From Candidatus Omnitrophota bacterium (GTDB lineage: Bacteria > Omnitrophota > Gorgyraeia > Zapsychrales > JANLHA01): a stretch of 64,000 nucleotides of DNA. Shown here in pieces: positions 49,601 through 57,586 of the stretch. The notes below the pieces were generated by a model. That model saw only the letters and a program-made list of their open reading frames with translations. It did not search any database and was not told where the DNA came from. A program made the translations under genes and the position numbers. Positions within the stretch are counted from its first letter, which is position 1, and the number at the start of each line of letters is the position of its first letter. The DNA lies in assembly GCA_963662715.1 (NCBI GenBank), contig OY759724.1, positions 730,662 to 794,661 of the forward strand. The letters run 5' to 3'.

Positions 49601-51500
49601 CGGCTTTGTTTCTGAAATCCGTATCATTCAACCGTAACGTAACACTCTTCTGCGCCGGCGGCAACACGTCCCTGATTAACTGCCCCAGAGCGACACTCCC
49701 GTCTGCGATATAGTTTTTGAAAATCTCTTCCGGGACTTCTCTAACTGTTCCTTTTATACGGTTGTTCAACGTATTAAAAGAAACAACATCAACGCCCGCC
49801 CTCTTCCAGGCGACAACGAGATCATGCATCAACGCGCCCAAACCTCCGCTCATATTGACCTGAGAAATGAAACGGGTCAGTTCTTCCCCATATTTGGCTG
49901 CCAGCGTGTCGACCAGAAATCCGCGGTCCAGGGAGGCCTCCATCTGCAAACTGATAACCGTGCGGTCCATAAGATCGGGAACATTTTGGGCCGCCCAGGA
50001 ATTTTCATCAACACCCTGCAGGTCAGCCTCCGTCGTCTCCCCCATCCGGACCGGCGCCGCTTTCTTGCCGTTTAACACGTCAACGGCCTCGGCCATAAAA
50101 TCCAATATCTGCAAAGCGCTCAAAAGTTTCCGCTGATCTATTCTTGATAAACTTGTCCGCACCGATGTCTCCGGCAGTTGCAGCGGAGATGAGACCGCTC
50201 CCTGTCCGTCTATCGACAAGCGGACAACATCATCCATCGCATCAGCCGCGGCCTTATTTCCGACTTCGGTGAGATTCACCTGGATATTAATAGGAGAACT
50301 CCCTGAAGCTGTTCCGGCCCCGCGCTCCTGATAACGGGCCGGCAGGTTTCCGCGAAGGTCTTCCCTTATATGTTTCACCGCCGTAAGCTGCATCCCTCCG
50401 GAAAAATACTTCCGGGGAATCGGCTGGGTCTCCTCCGGGTGGTTCTCTTCGCGGATATAATTGAACACGCCTTTTTCAAAAGCCATGAGATATTGTTGAT
50501 AAATTTTCTCGCTGATCCGCTTGTCCTCGACATCAATGCCTTTTGTTCTGGTCTTATTGACATAAACCTTCCCCAGCAGGGATTGCCGCAGATTGTCTTT
50601 ATACCAGGAGGCTAAAATGACCGAGTTATATATCTGCCGAAGGTTGGAAAACGTCTTGCTTTCATTCACTTCCTTTTCAAGTTCCGGGATGAGGATCTCC
50701 CGGACAATATCAGAAACATCCCCGCTGATTTCTTTGGCTTCATGGTCAGAGACATGATCAAGCCCGAATTTTTTAGTGCCCCGGGTTTTCTGTAAAGCAA
50801 GATAATCCTGTTCAAGCATAACCTTTAAATGGCTGTCGACCACATAAGCTCCGCCGGCTTTCTCGTAAACGACAGCTTTATCCGGAACAATCCAGATTTT
50901 ATTAAAAGTATTGACCGGGATATTGATCGTCCCGAAACGCCGGTAAGCTTTCTCATAAGCCCTTTGCCAGAATTCCTGCCCCAGTTTTTCTTCCGGATAA
51001 ATTAACGAAGCAGAAATTTGTTTCAGCAAATAGTCTAAAGCTAAAAGATCCCGTCCCATTTCCGTCTTCCCGAAGGCCTTCGGGATAATACGGTCTTTTT
51101 CATAAGGGGAAAGGTTGACCCACATGTCTTCTTCCGGAATTGTGAGAGCAGCCAGAAAATACTTAATTAAGTCCGTGGCTTGACGCCGGAATTCCTTCCC
51201 GTCAGGGTCCTCGTCTCCGGGATCAACAATAAAATCCAGACGTAAGGGCTGGTCAGGATAAATCCGGACGCCCTGGATAATCATCGGGTTAAAAGTGCCG
51301 CTGAGACGGAGCATCTTCCCGGGAGGCGGCAGGTCCGGCACGGCCATGGTCTCGTTCAGGGCATAGGCCGCAGATACCGGAGAGAACCACGCAACAGGAC
51401 TCGGGATAATTAGACTGGACGAAATAACTAATATAAGGAATACATTGGAAACTTTACAGAAGACACGTTTGGATTGACGGGATAAAGTCTGGCGTTTCAA
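46650..51500 (-). CDS. giant secreted HEAT-repeat protein, paralog 3 (1616 aa; TTG start)
   Basis: GGAGGA RBS then TTG at 51498-51500; signal peptide; N-domain homologous (WVNLSPYE..RIIP..TEMG..IPVNTFNKIWIVPDKAVVYE) to paralogs 1/2; C-terminal GGINLNPQLLDLQIKRDGEGVPLPLPQQPV...GFLPVIINITPV domain. Confidence 0.85.
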   Translation of the reverse strand: MKRQTLSRQSKRVFCKVSNVFLILVISSSLIIPSPVAWFSPVSAAYALNETMAVPDLPPPGKMLRLSGTFNPMIIQGVRIYPDQPLRLDFIVDPGDEDPDGKEFRRQATDLIKYFLAALTIPEEDMWVNLSPYEKDRIIPKAFGKTEMGRDLLALDYLLKQISASLIYPEEKLGQEFWQRAYEKAYRRFGTINIPVNTFNKIWIVPDKAVVYEKAGGAYVVDSHLKVMLEQDYLALQKTRGTKKFGLDHVSDHEAKEISGDVSDIVREILIPELEKEVNESKTFSNLRQIYNSVILASWYKDNLRQSLLGKVYVNKTRTKGIDVEDKRISEKIYQQYLMAFEKGVFNYIREENHPEETQPIPRKYFSGGMQLTAVKHIREDLRGNLPARYQERGAGTASGSSPINIQVNLTEVGNKAAADAMDDVVRLSIDGQGAVSSPLQLPETSVRTSLSRIDQRKLLSALQILDFMAEAVDVLNGKKAAPVRMGETTEADLQGVDENSWAAQNVPDLMDRTVISLQMEASLDRGFLVDTLAAKYGEELTRFISQVNMSGGLGALMHDLVVAWKRAGVDVVSFNTLNNRIKGTVREVPEEIFKNYIADGSVALGQLIRDVLPPAQKSVTLRLNDTDFRNKAVFDKAKQLVGRAVSKQELEQLGVDGGLAEALSSRLIQMGYLDQSQYVLKGLEDEAREAFSELDDEKFAKMKELLAQAQGRPITVDLYELESSFTTLPEFYEDAYYLDDDGNKQYIFDEIYSDEISPAKDWRVIQMVVYNKATQRFARMLQADGRIKSKVTWVENEIFVSLPKNEQMDLAELGIEQPPVTETAMRAEINHSVYKPAMYNPPEYAFKLMGFEEKDRQAIVFKEGGRDVIDIVRYAAENVDLFMGVSVYEHTPVLRNNLLPDLAHKIWQWYQGEQRNSNGVLFDQWQGHELRSIIDDYKVSLGLTAQTDDVQFYDKLEENPAELARFQSQFEQIKVLYMMDLYLWLQENQTQDLGGSQWLAQLLKESGLDSQTDVRALREEYAGLLNQALADVKNEGQWRALDEKLGKLKDVLIQNPVAANLRRQVPYKGPDIYKEILGILKDPRALKQFRDSKMRLALGGRIFGHEANQLFEELKGMVKDLGLGDQIAFLENYNPYDAPLIFRGVAATIMLSDEFLEASATSMMKALTNGAFMFGVWGGTMPELFDVIDVRTGQRVDVIKTGLTHNELLRGLKYGEYEIRNGYLIKYSGRKSQQEGGGRRPSAGNLLVGLARLGNRFNTESKQLLYNALRTSPKVDVEKSQSRAQLQLLQLALKMKTQRARLINDLLEHKEAVLTALDQPVEDRDPFFWQYINEKGVQNIASSEPSVADFLATYERLKLSGEQLRRVIAHHSNNGTAYNRRGDLIHHLEDLLGREGLEPLKTIYDNLVEGDIETALYQAWGTETIFEDAVHSANPEEALQEVFLELSREKGLLAEVDRLLEPVRDMSEQDIAKWNEVMKNLFAADGNVEKLRRPELSDGRDLYLPSQEIIQQAVASSPLFQSAITEEVVDNGQYGGINLNPQLLDLQIKRDGEGVPLPLPQQPVQQMDIGGFLPVIINITPVPNLPLLFGSDSDVEPGDEDQLSSLDAGAKQDVF

Positions 51501-51608
51501 TCTTAATCCTCCTTAGATAAATTATAGATGACTGTTAAGAATTAAAAATTCTTAAGTTTCGTGAGGGACATTTTTTGAAAGGGTGAGTAAAGGCACAGGG
51601 TTATTGCC

Positions 51609-51650
51609 TTATAATAAGTATATACTAAGTTATTTCTATTGACAAGTCAA
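51609..51650 (-). promoter_or_regulatory. candidate sigma70 promoter for giant paralog 3 (-35 TTGACT, 17-nt spacer, -10 TAGTAT, on minus strand)
   Basis: Reverse complement reads TTGACTtgtcaatagaaataactTAGTATATACT about 110 nt upstream of TTG start. Confidence 0.4.
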
Positions 51651-51787
51651 AATATTCATACCTTATAGATATAGCCCCTTTTTGCCGTATCCGGATATTT
51701 TTATTTACTGTTTTAAAAAAACACTCTTTTCCCCGCTTTTTTAGGCTATTTTTCCCTTAGGGACTCCGGGACAAAACATAGGACAAG

Positions 51788-51818
51788 AAAAAAAAGGGAC
51801 AGCACACTGTCCCTTTTT
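51788..51818. terminator. bidirectional intrinsic terminator (GGGACAG-CACA-CTGTCCC, A-run/T-run)
   Basis: Perfect 7-bp GC-rich stem flanked by AAAAAAAA and TTTTT. Confidence 0.75.
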
Positions 51819-51847
51819 CCTGTCCCTCTATCACCCTGTGGTCCTAT

Positions 51848-52669
51848 TTATTCAAACTTTTTTCTCCTTCTTAACACAGCCCCCCCAAGTAAACTGCCGC
51901 CTAATAAAAACAGCGTTGCCGGTTCCGGGACATGATTGCCATAAGCTTTAAGATTTAACTCGTCATTCCCGCATTTCATGGTCCAGTGAATCCAAGCGAC
52001 GGAATCCTCTGAATCATATAAATCCATATCTAAAAGCGCCAAAGGGATCCGGGCTTCCATGACATAATGGGAATTCTGTTCTCCGCTGTAGACAAAATCA
52101 GCCCCTAAATCAGTAACAGCGACATTATCGCCGGTTACATCCCCGGAGGCATCCCTTGCAATCCGCCAGGGATCAGCACTGGAATGCTGACTGTATTGCA
52201 CGTTATCCCAGCTGGAAACAGAGTATAATGTCGAGGAAGTCACATCAATGGCATAGCTCTGCGCGCCGGGAGCATAAGATAAAAACGGATTGTCTATTGA
52301 CCCGATTTCGATAAAAATATCTCCTGCCGGATACGATGTCCCAGTTGCCGGTAATCCGGTAATAACCGCGATATAGAGATAATCGGCATCATTATCAAAA
52401 TAAATCGCTTCGGCATCATAAGTGTTCCCTGTCGTGTAGCCGGGACCCACATAGGTGTTGTTGGGAGAATTCACATCGGCATTGTCTTCTGTTAAGACAT
52501 CAATATTATAACCCCCCGTTGGCAGGTGCGTATCCAAGTAACCCTGATTTGTGGCCTGGGAAAGATCAATACCCCAATCATCAACATTGCCGTCAATGAC
52601 ATAAAAGGCTTGTGCTAAAGATACCGGGAAAAGCAGGAAAAGAAATAAAAAAATTGTAATTTTTTTCAT
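51848..52669 (-). CDS. PEP-CTERM sorting domain protein (exosortase substrate)
   Basis: 273 aa; signal peptide; C-terminal VPEPATLFLLGGSLLGGAVLRRRKK = PEP motif + TM + Arg-rich tail; Asp/Tyr/Thr/Ser-rich body. Confidence 0.8.
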   Translation of the reverse strand: MKKITIFLFLFLLFPVSLAQAFYVIDGNVDDWGIDLSQATNQGYLDTHLPTGGYNIDVLTEDNADVNSPNNTYVGPGYTTGNTYDAEAIYFDNDADYLYIAVITGLPATGTSYPAGDIFIEIGSIDNPFLSYAPGAQSYAIDVTSSTLYSVSSWDNVQYSQHSSADPWRIARDASGDVTGDNVAVTDLGADFVYSGEQNSHYVMEARIPLALLDMDLYDSEDSVAWIHWTMKCGNDELNLKAYGNHVPEPATLFLLGGSLLGGAVLRRRKKFE

Positions 52670-52888
52670 AATATCACCTCACGTTTTTTACAAATTAACA
52701 GAGCAAATATTATGCCATTTTTAAACACCAAGTATTACAAAAAATTATTATTCATAAATGATTATTATTAAAAAGCTTGAGTTGTATATATTTAGAACAT
52801 ATGCTCAAAATAACAAAAAGTATCATCCTTTCCTGGCAAAAAAAGAAATACTGAAGAATTTTTTAAAAATGTTGATTTTTTTAAACGT

Positions 52889-53209
52889 TCAGAAAAGACT
52901 GCCGGAGGGATGGGAGGAAAAACAATAAATTTTCAGAAGAAAAAGCAATAAAACAGCTTGAAAAATTATGATAAGCATAAAAACTATTTTAAATGGACCT
53001 TTTATAGTTTTATGACGAAAAACGTTTTGCCCCGCTAAAGCCGCAGGACTCCCCCCCAAAAAAGCCAATATATGCAAAGCCTTTTCACTGACACGGAACC
53101 ATCTTCTGACAGCCGCAAGCTTATCATATCCATAACACATAAATGTTATCAAGTTTAAACCAATAAGATAGTAAATAATATATTCCATAATAATATTTAA
53201 CGGCGGCAC
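52889..53209 (-). CDS. DUF1294 family membrane protein
   Basis: 106 aa; GYDKLAAVRR..RVSEKALHILAFLGGSPAALAGQNVFRHKTIK pattern typical of DUF1294. Confidence 0.6.
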   Translation of the reverse strand: MPPLNIIMEYIIYYLIGLNLITFMCYGYDKLAAVRRWFRVSEKALHILAFLGGSPAALAGQNVFRHKTIKGPFKIVFMLIIIFQAVLLLFLLKIYCFSSHPSGSLF

Positions 53210-53286
53210 AATCCGCGCATCTATTTTTCTTTAAAAAAACGGCAGGCCTTAGGATCACAGGAACATGCGCCGGGGATTATATGTCT

Positions 53287-54240
53287 CTATTGTTTTGCCA
53301 GGAGCTGCCGGGTTATATCGACCGCTGATTTCAGCACATACTCCGCAGCACGTCTGTTGGTATGATACCCTGATGTCCTTGTTGTTCTTTGCCGGATCAC
53401 CAAAACAGTAACGTCATTCTCGGATTTATGCTCCAGGGTGAGTCCCCGGGGGGGATTCCGGATATGGTCCTTCATGTCATGAAAAAACCGGGAGGACTTT
53501 GCGATAAGCACACAATACAAATACGGATAATCGGTGCCCTGAACGGTGTTCATGGAAATCTGAACCTGCAGCCCTAAGAATTCTTTCGGCGCAGGGAAAA
53601 ATCTCAACATAAGCCGGGCATCCGTAGGGACCTTTTTGCCCTCTTTTGTCCTCCGGGTCGCCAGCATCGGCAGAACCTGCACGTCACTGGGCGCAGATAA
53701 AAACCGCATCATACCTTCCAATAATTTTACTTTTATAATCAGCCGGTCCTTTTTCAAAAAATCCCGGACCCCGACAAACCAATGCGGGGCAAAAACCACG
53801 GCCGAATCCCACGCCCAATAGCCTGCCAGGACCTCATTTCCCTGCATCACAAAATGGAACCAGACAGCAGCACAGCCCAACGCACATCCCGCGAAACAGG
53901 CAACGCCCAAGGGATTCGTGATATCGAAACAATCCAGGTCCCACTGCTGCAGTTGTTTTTGTTTAAGCTGAATCTTTTGATATTCATCCGGCGTGACCTG
54001 GGACCAGTCCTCCGGCCCCCTGACCGATGGACGGGCCGAATAGCCTTTGATCAGAGTCAGCCCTGTCGCAAAGGCCAGAAACGCCAGACCCAGCCAGAAA
54101 TTGATAAACAGCTGCGCCGTAAGTCCCAGCCCGAAAAGCGCCAAAACAATCTTTATGCGCAATAAATAAGGCCAGCTTTTTGCGAAAAGAAAATGGATAT
54201 CCCCCTGTCGCTGAGGATCAGGAAAAAGTTTCACGAACAA
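53287..54240 (-). CDS. hypothetical membrane protein (third gene of rSAM/SPASM operon)
   Basis: 317 aa, N-terminal TM helices; start overlaps rSAM stop by 10 nt (translational coupling). Confidence 0.5.
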   Translation of the reverse strand: MFVKLFPDPQRQGDIHFLFAKSWPYLLRIKIVLALFGLGLTAQLFINFWLGLAFLAFATGLTLIKGYSARPSVRGPEDWSQVTPDEYQKIQLKQKQLQQWDLDCFDITNPLGVACFAGCALGCAAVWFHFVMQGNEVLAGYWAWDSAVVFAPHWFVGVRDFLKKDRLIIKVKLLEGMMRFLSAPSDVQVLPMLATRRTKEGKKVPTDARLMLRFFPAPKEFLGLQVQISMNTVQGTDYPYLYCVLIAKSSRFFHDMKDHIRNPPRGLTLEHKSENDVTVLVIRQRTTRTSGYHTNRRAAEYVLKSAVDITRQLLAKQ

Positions 54241-55562
54241 ACCTCCGTCGCTAAAGGTTCCAAAAGCTCCTGATAGCCGACCTGCCGCCAGTATAAGGGA
54301 CAGCCTCCGTTACAGACAGCCAGATCCCGGCAACCCTGACACCGTTCATGGGCGAAACGCTTCTGCTGGAAATACTGAAAAGGCGGACTGCTCCAGAAGG
54401 TCTTAAACCGCCCCTTCATCTCTAAAATATTCCCCATCGGCTGAGGATAGCTGGAACAGGGCAGAATATCTCCGTTAGGCGCGACACTCAATAATCCGTC
54501 ACAGGCGGCACAGCCTCTGTTGCCCAGACCGTGGACAATGGGATTAAAAATGCATAAAGGGGTCGGAGAATACCACATGAATTCTAGCCCCATCTCTTGG
54601 GCTTTTTTCTGTACGGATAAAACCGTGTCGCCGATCTCCGAGTAAGTCACAAGAATATCCGGCAAATTCAAAACCGCGGCCCCTTCCGGCATCAGCATAT
54701 TCATGGAAAATTTATCTACGCCCAAACTCTTCACCAGAGGAAGGATGGCCAATAAGCTCCCTTTATTCAAGGCAGAAACCGTTGTATTCGTATGCACCCG
54801 TATCCCCGCCTCTTTCAAATTTTTGAAACCGGACAGGCTTTTATGAAAAGCCCCTTCGCTCTGCACGATCTTATCGTGTAAGACCGCGTCCCCGGCCTCC
54901 AGGCTCACCTGGGCAGAATCAAGGCCCGCTTCTTTGTAGCGGGAAGCCTGATCCTGGGTTATCAACGTTCCGTTGGTGATGAGGTTCGTCCACATCTTCA
55001 GCGATTTCGCATAAGAAATCAGCTCCGGCAGGTCCGGCCTGAGTGTCGGCTCGCCGCCGGTAAAACTCACGGAAGGGACTTCGGCTTCCTGTCTGATGAT
55101 CGCAAGTATCTCCTTAATCTGCTCCGTATCGTGCTCCCGGGACCCGGAGTCTTTACGGCATCCGCACGACGCATAACAAAACCGGCAGGACAAGTTGCAC
55201 CTATAGGTCACGGCGATTTCGCTCAGCACCGGAAGAGTGTTAAAAGGGAGCTGAAAGGGATATTGTTCCACCGCCTTCCGCTCGCCCTGCTCATGGTAGC
55301 ATCCTTTTAATAAAGCCAGCAGGTCGCAAAAGAAAAAATGCAAATCCCGGGACACCCGCTCCCTGTCGGGATAACGGTTAATAATCGTATAAATACTTTC
55401 TCCTGACAGAAGAGCTTTTAATACTCTGACCCCGGACTCATTGATTTTATGCGCTTCATTGGGAATCTTGATGAGAAGATTGTCGTACTCCCGGACATGA
55501 ATATACGGGGCCACCCCCTTTATATACTGATCAACCCATTGGATATGCGAATAATAATCCAT
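54231..55562 (-). CDS. radical SAM / SPASM-domain peptide/protein maturase
   Basis: Start taken at MDYYSHIQ (ATG 55560-55562, AGGGAACGAG RBS); CNLSCRFCYASC (Cx3Cx2C); C-terminal Cys-rich SPASM region GCAACDG...LPCSSYP...CQGCRDLAVCNGGCP. Confidence 0.8.
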   Translation of the reverse strand: MDYYSHIQWVDQYIKGVAPYIHVREYDNLLIKIPNEAHKINESGVRVLKALLSGESIYTIINRYPDRERVSRDLHFFFCDLLALLKGCYHEQGERKAVEQYPFQLPFNTLPVLSEIAVTYRCNLSCRFCYASCGCRKDSGSREHDTEQIKEILAIIRQEAEVPSVSFTGGEPTLRPDLPELISYAKSLKMWTNLITNGTLITQDQASRYKEAGLDSAQVSLEAGDAVLHDKIVQSEGAFHKSLSGFKNLKEAGIRVHTNTTVSALNKGSLLAILPLVKSLGVDKFSMNMLMPEGAAVLNLPDILVTYSEIGDTVLSVQKKAQEMGLEFMWYSPTPLCIFNPIVHGLGNRGCAACDGLLSVAPNGDILPCSSYPQPMGNILEMKGRFKTFWSSPPFQYFQQKRFAHERCQGCRDLAVCNGGCPLYWRQVGYQELLEPLATEVCS

Positions 55563-55576
55563 CTCGTTCCCTGCTG

Positions 55577-57259
55577 TTAGTGTCCGCTGCTGACACAAGC
55601 GCCGTGACAGGCGCCATGGCATGCGGAATGACATGCCGAATGGCATGCGGAATGACACGCCGAATGACATGCGTCATGACAGACATTCTGCAAAAACGGC
55701 CCTTCATAACAGACGGCCGTATTCCGGAAGGAGGAGAAGCCTTCCTTCACCTGCGGCAGACTTTGTTCAAACGAACGTCCGACGTCCTGGCTGTTTCGGT
55801 AATAATCCCGGTCATGATAATAGGGACGGCCGTGATAATGGTCGTAATATCCGTCCCAATAATGACTGTGATCTGTCTCTTGACGGGAAAGGCTTTTTTC
55901 TCTCTCCAGATCTTTCTGCATCCGCTTCTTATAATAAGCCTTCGTGGCTTCCAGGTCGCAGTCCCAGGCCTTTTGTTCAACTCCGGCGGCTATCGTGTGA
56001 AACAGATCATTCACATATGACTGCGGAATATCCCCATACATATCTATGGCCGTAAAAAGGTTGTTCTCATAAGGGTCTTCACTGCCGGTCGCCGCCGGGA
56101 CCCGTTCGAGCTTTAAGGGATCACGGCTGATGACATGAATCAGCCCTTTCCGTTCCAGGTTCTGAATCATGAGCCCCGCCAAAGTCCCCAAGGGAAGATC
56201 TAAGAGCAACCCGGCTTCAATGGGCGTCAGGGTCTTACAGATTTTCCCTTTCTTGCGAAATGATCCCAGCTGGATTTTGGGAGGGGTCCATTCCTCTCCA
56301 TCCCATTTGATAGGATCAATACCGTCCTGGGCCGCCAGCATGGAAATATGTTTCCGCGTCATAATCAAGAAAGGGACCCCCATCAGGACCACCACGGACA
56401 AAAGAATAAAAGATATAAGCCCTCCAAAAGACAGCGGCACAACCGACAGAACACTGCCGGGGAAGAAGCGGTTAAGAATGTATTTTTCTTCGGCCTTTTG
56501 GAATCCCGGTGTTTCGGCCCAGGGCCGGGCCGGGGCCATTGTCTGCAGATTAAAATAGGACGCATCCAGATACGTTTGTATCTGGAAATGATACCGTTTT
56601 TGAAGGTTATTCCGGTGGAAACGGACGGTCAGGACATTCTCTCCGCTGGCATTCTCTGCGGTCGGGTAGTCGATAGAGTACTCTCGGTTGACATATTTTT
56701 CCGTCATGAATTTCAGAGACGACAAAAGATCGGACGTGACTTCTGAGCCGGTCAAGACAACAGGGTAATGGACCGTCACGGTTTGGTGATCCAGGGCATC
56801 GCTCCACTGCACCGGCGCCCAGTTCAAAACAGCCAGCCGGCCGTGATCACTCTCTGTTTGGGTGACATTCCCGCTCTGCTGCAGATCCGTTTCGTAGTGA
56901 AAAAAGTACGTGATGTCCCCGTCATGGAAAGCCTGCCCGTTGGCGAGGATGATATCATATTTGCCGGGGGAAAGGTATTTGATCTCTAAAGGGTACTGCC
57001 TGCCGGACTGATCAACGGCAAAAGCCTCATCATAATTAAAGCGGGGTGTCCCGGCAAAACCTTCGAAATAAAAACCGTGAAGATTGGCGGAGTGGCAGGA
57101 CCAGCGTACAGCGTAGGCCACCTGCGCTTTGCCGTCCTGGTCCAGGACCAGGTCAACCTCAGCCCAGCGCATTTGAAAATGACCGGCCCATAGCGGTGAG
57201 GCAAACACGCACAGGGAAAGAACAACGAGGAAAGAAAATAATATTTTTTTTCTAAACAT
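55577..57259 (-). CDS. single-pass membrane protein with His/Tyr-rich cytoplasmic region and C-terminal (Cys-His-x-Ala)x7 repeat tail; candidate substrate of adjacent rSAM/SPASM enzyme
   Basis: Signal peptide MFRKKILFSFLVVLSLCVFASPLWAG (alternative upstream ATG at 57289); TM helix mid-protein; tail NVCHDACHSACHSACHSACHSACHGACHGACVSSGH; stop 15 nt before rSAM start. Confidence 0.7.
   Translation of the reverse strand: MFRKKILFSFLVVLSLCVFASPLWAGHFQMRWAEVDLVLDQDGKAQVAYAVRWSCHSANLHGFYFEGFAGTPRFNYDEAFAVDQSGRQYPLEIKYLSPGKYDIILANGQAFHDGDITYFFHYETDLQQSGNVTQTESDHGRLAVLNWAPVQWSDALDHQTVTVHYPVVLTGSEVTSDLLSSLKFMTEKYVNREYSIDYPTAENASGENVLTVRFHRNNLQKRYHFQIQTYLDASYFNLQTMAPARPWAETPGFQKAEEKYILNRFFPGSVLSVVPLSFGGLISFILLSVVVLMGVPFLIMTRKHISMLAAQDGIDPIKWDGEEWTPPKIQLGSFRKKGKICKTLTPIEAGLLLDLPLGTLAGLMIQNLERKGLIHVISRDPLKLERVPAATGSEDPYENNLFTAIDMYGDIPQSYVNDLFHTIAAGVEQKAWDCDLEATKAYYKKRMQKDLEREKSLSRQETDHSHYWDGYYDHYHGRPYYHDRDYYRNSQDVGRSFEQSLPQVKEGFSSFRNTAVCYEGPFLQNVCHDACHSACHSACHSACHSACHGACHGACVSSGH
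55583..55670. repeat. 12-nt tandem repeat (about 7 units, catgcggaatga-like) encoding the Cys-His-x-Ala tail
   Basis: Direct inspection: catggcatgcggaatgacatgccgaatggcatgcggaatgacacgccgaatgacatgcg. Confidence 0.8.
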
Positions 57260-57388
57260 GGGGCTTGCGTCTCGTTTTGACAATGTCATTATTATACCGG
57301 CCCCGCCTTTCCGTGTCTAGCAGTCATCCCAAAACCTGTGCGGGACCGGCCCAAGCCCGGGAAGACAGAATAAAACCCCGGCCGCTAT

Positions 57389-57416
57389 GTCTTTTCAATT
57401 TGTTATTTCGTTGTTA
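57389..57416 (+). promoter_or_regulatory. candidate promoter with extended -10 (TGtTATAAT) for B12-binding radical SAM gene; ~170-nt leader
   Basis: ttttca-17 nt-TATAAT with TG motif; sequence pattern only. Confidence 0.3.
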
Positions 57417-57586
57417 TAATACAAGTTCACAACCGAAATACAACCGTTTCTCGCGCAAAGCATCCTGGCTCAAAAATCAGCCTGATATCATCAACCGAAC
57501 ACATTCCGGGACCTTTGCGTTCCTCGACAGAGAATCTTAAAACTTCCTTTGGGTTTAGGAAGAATAATGACAACACCGGACAGACC

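Noticed and set aside
55583-55670. Possible CRISPR-like short repeat
   Set aside because: 12-nt units without spacers, in frame inside a CDS. It is a coding tandem repeat, not CRISPR.
55580-56055. + strand ORFs encoding MACGMTCRMACGM... / MRNDMPNGMRND...
   Set aside because: Antisense translation of the 12-nt Cys-His repeat and the 3' end of the membrane protein gene.
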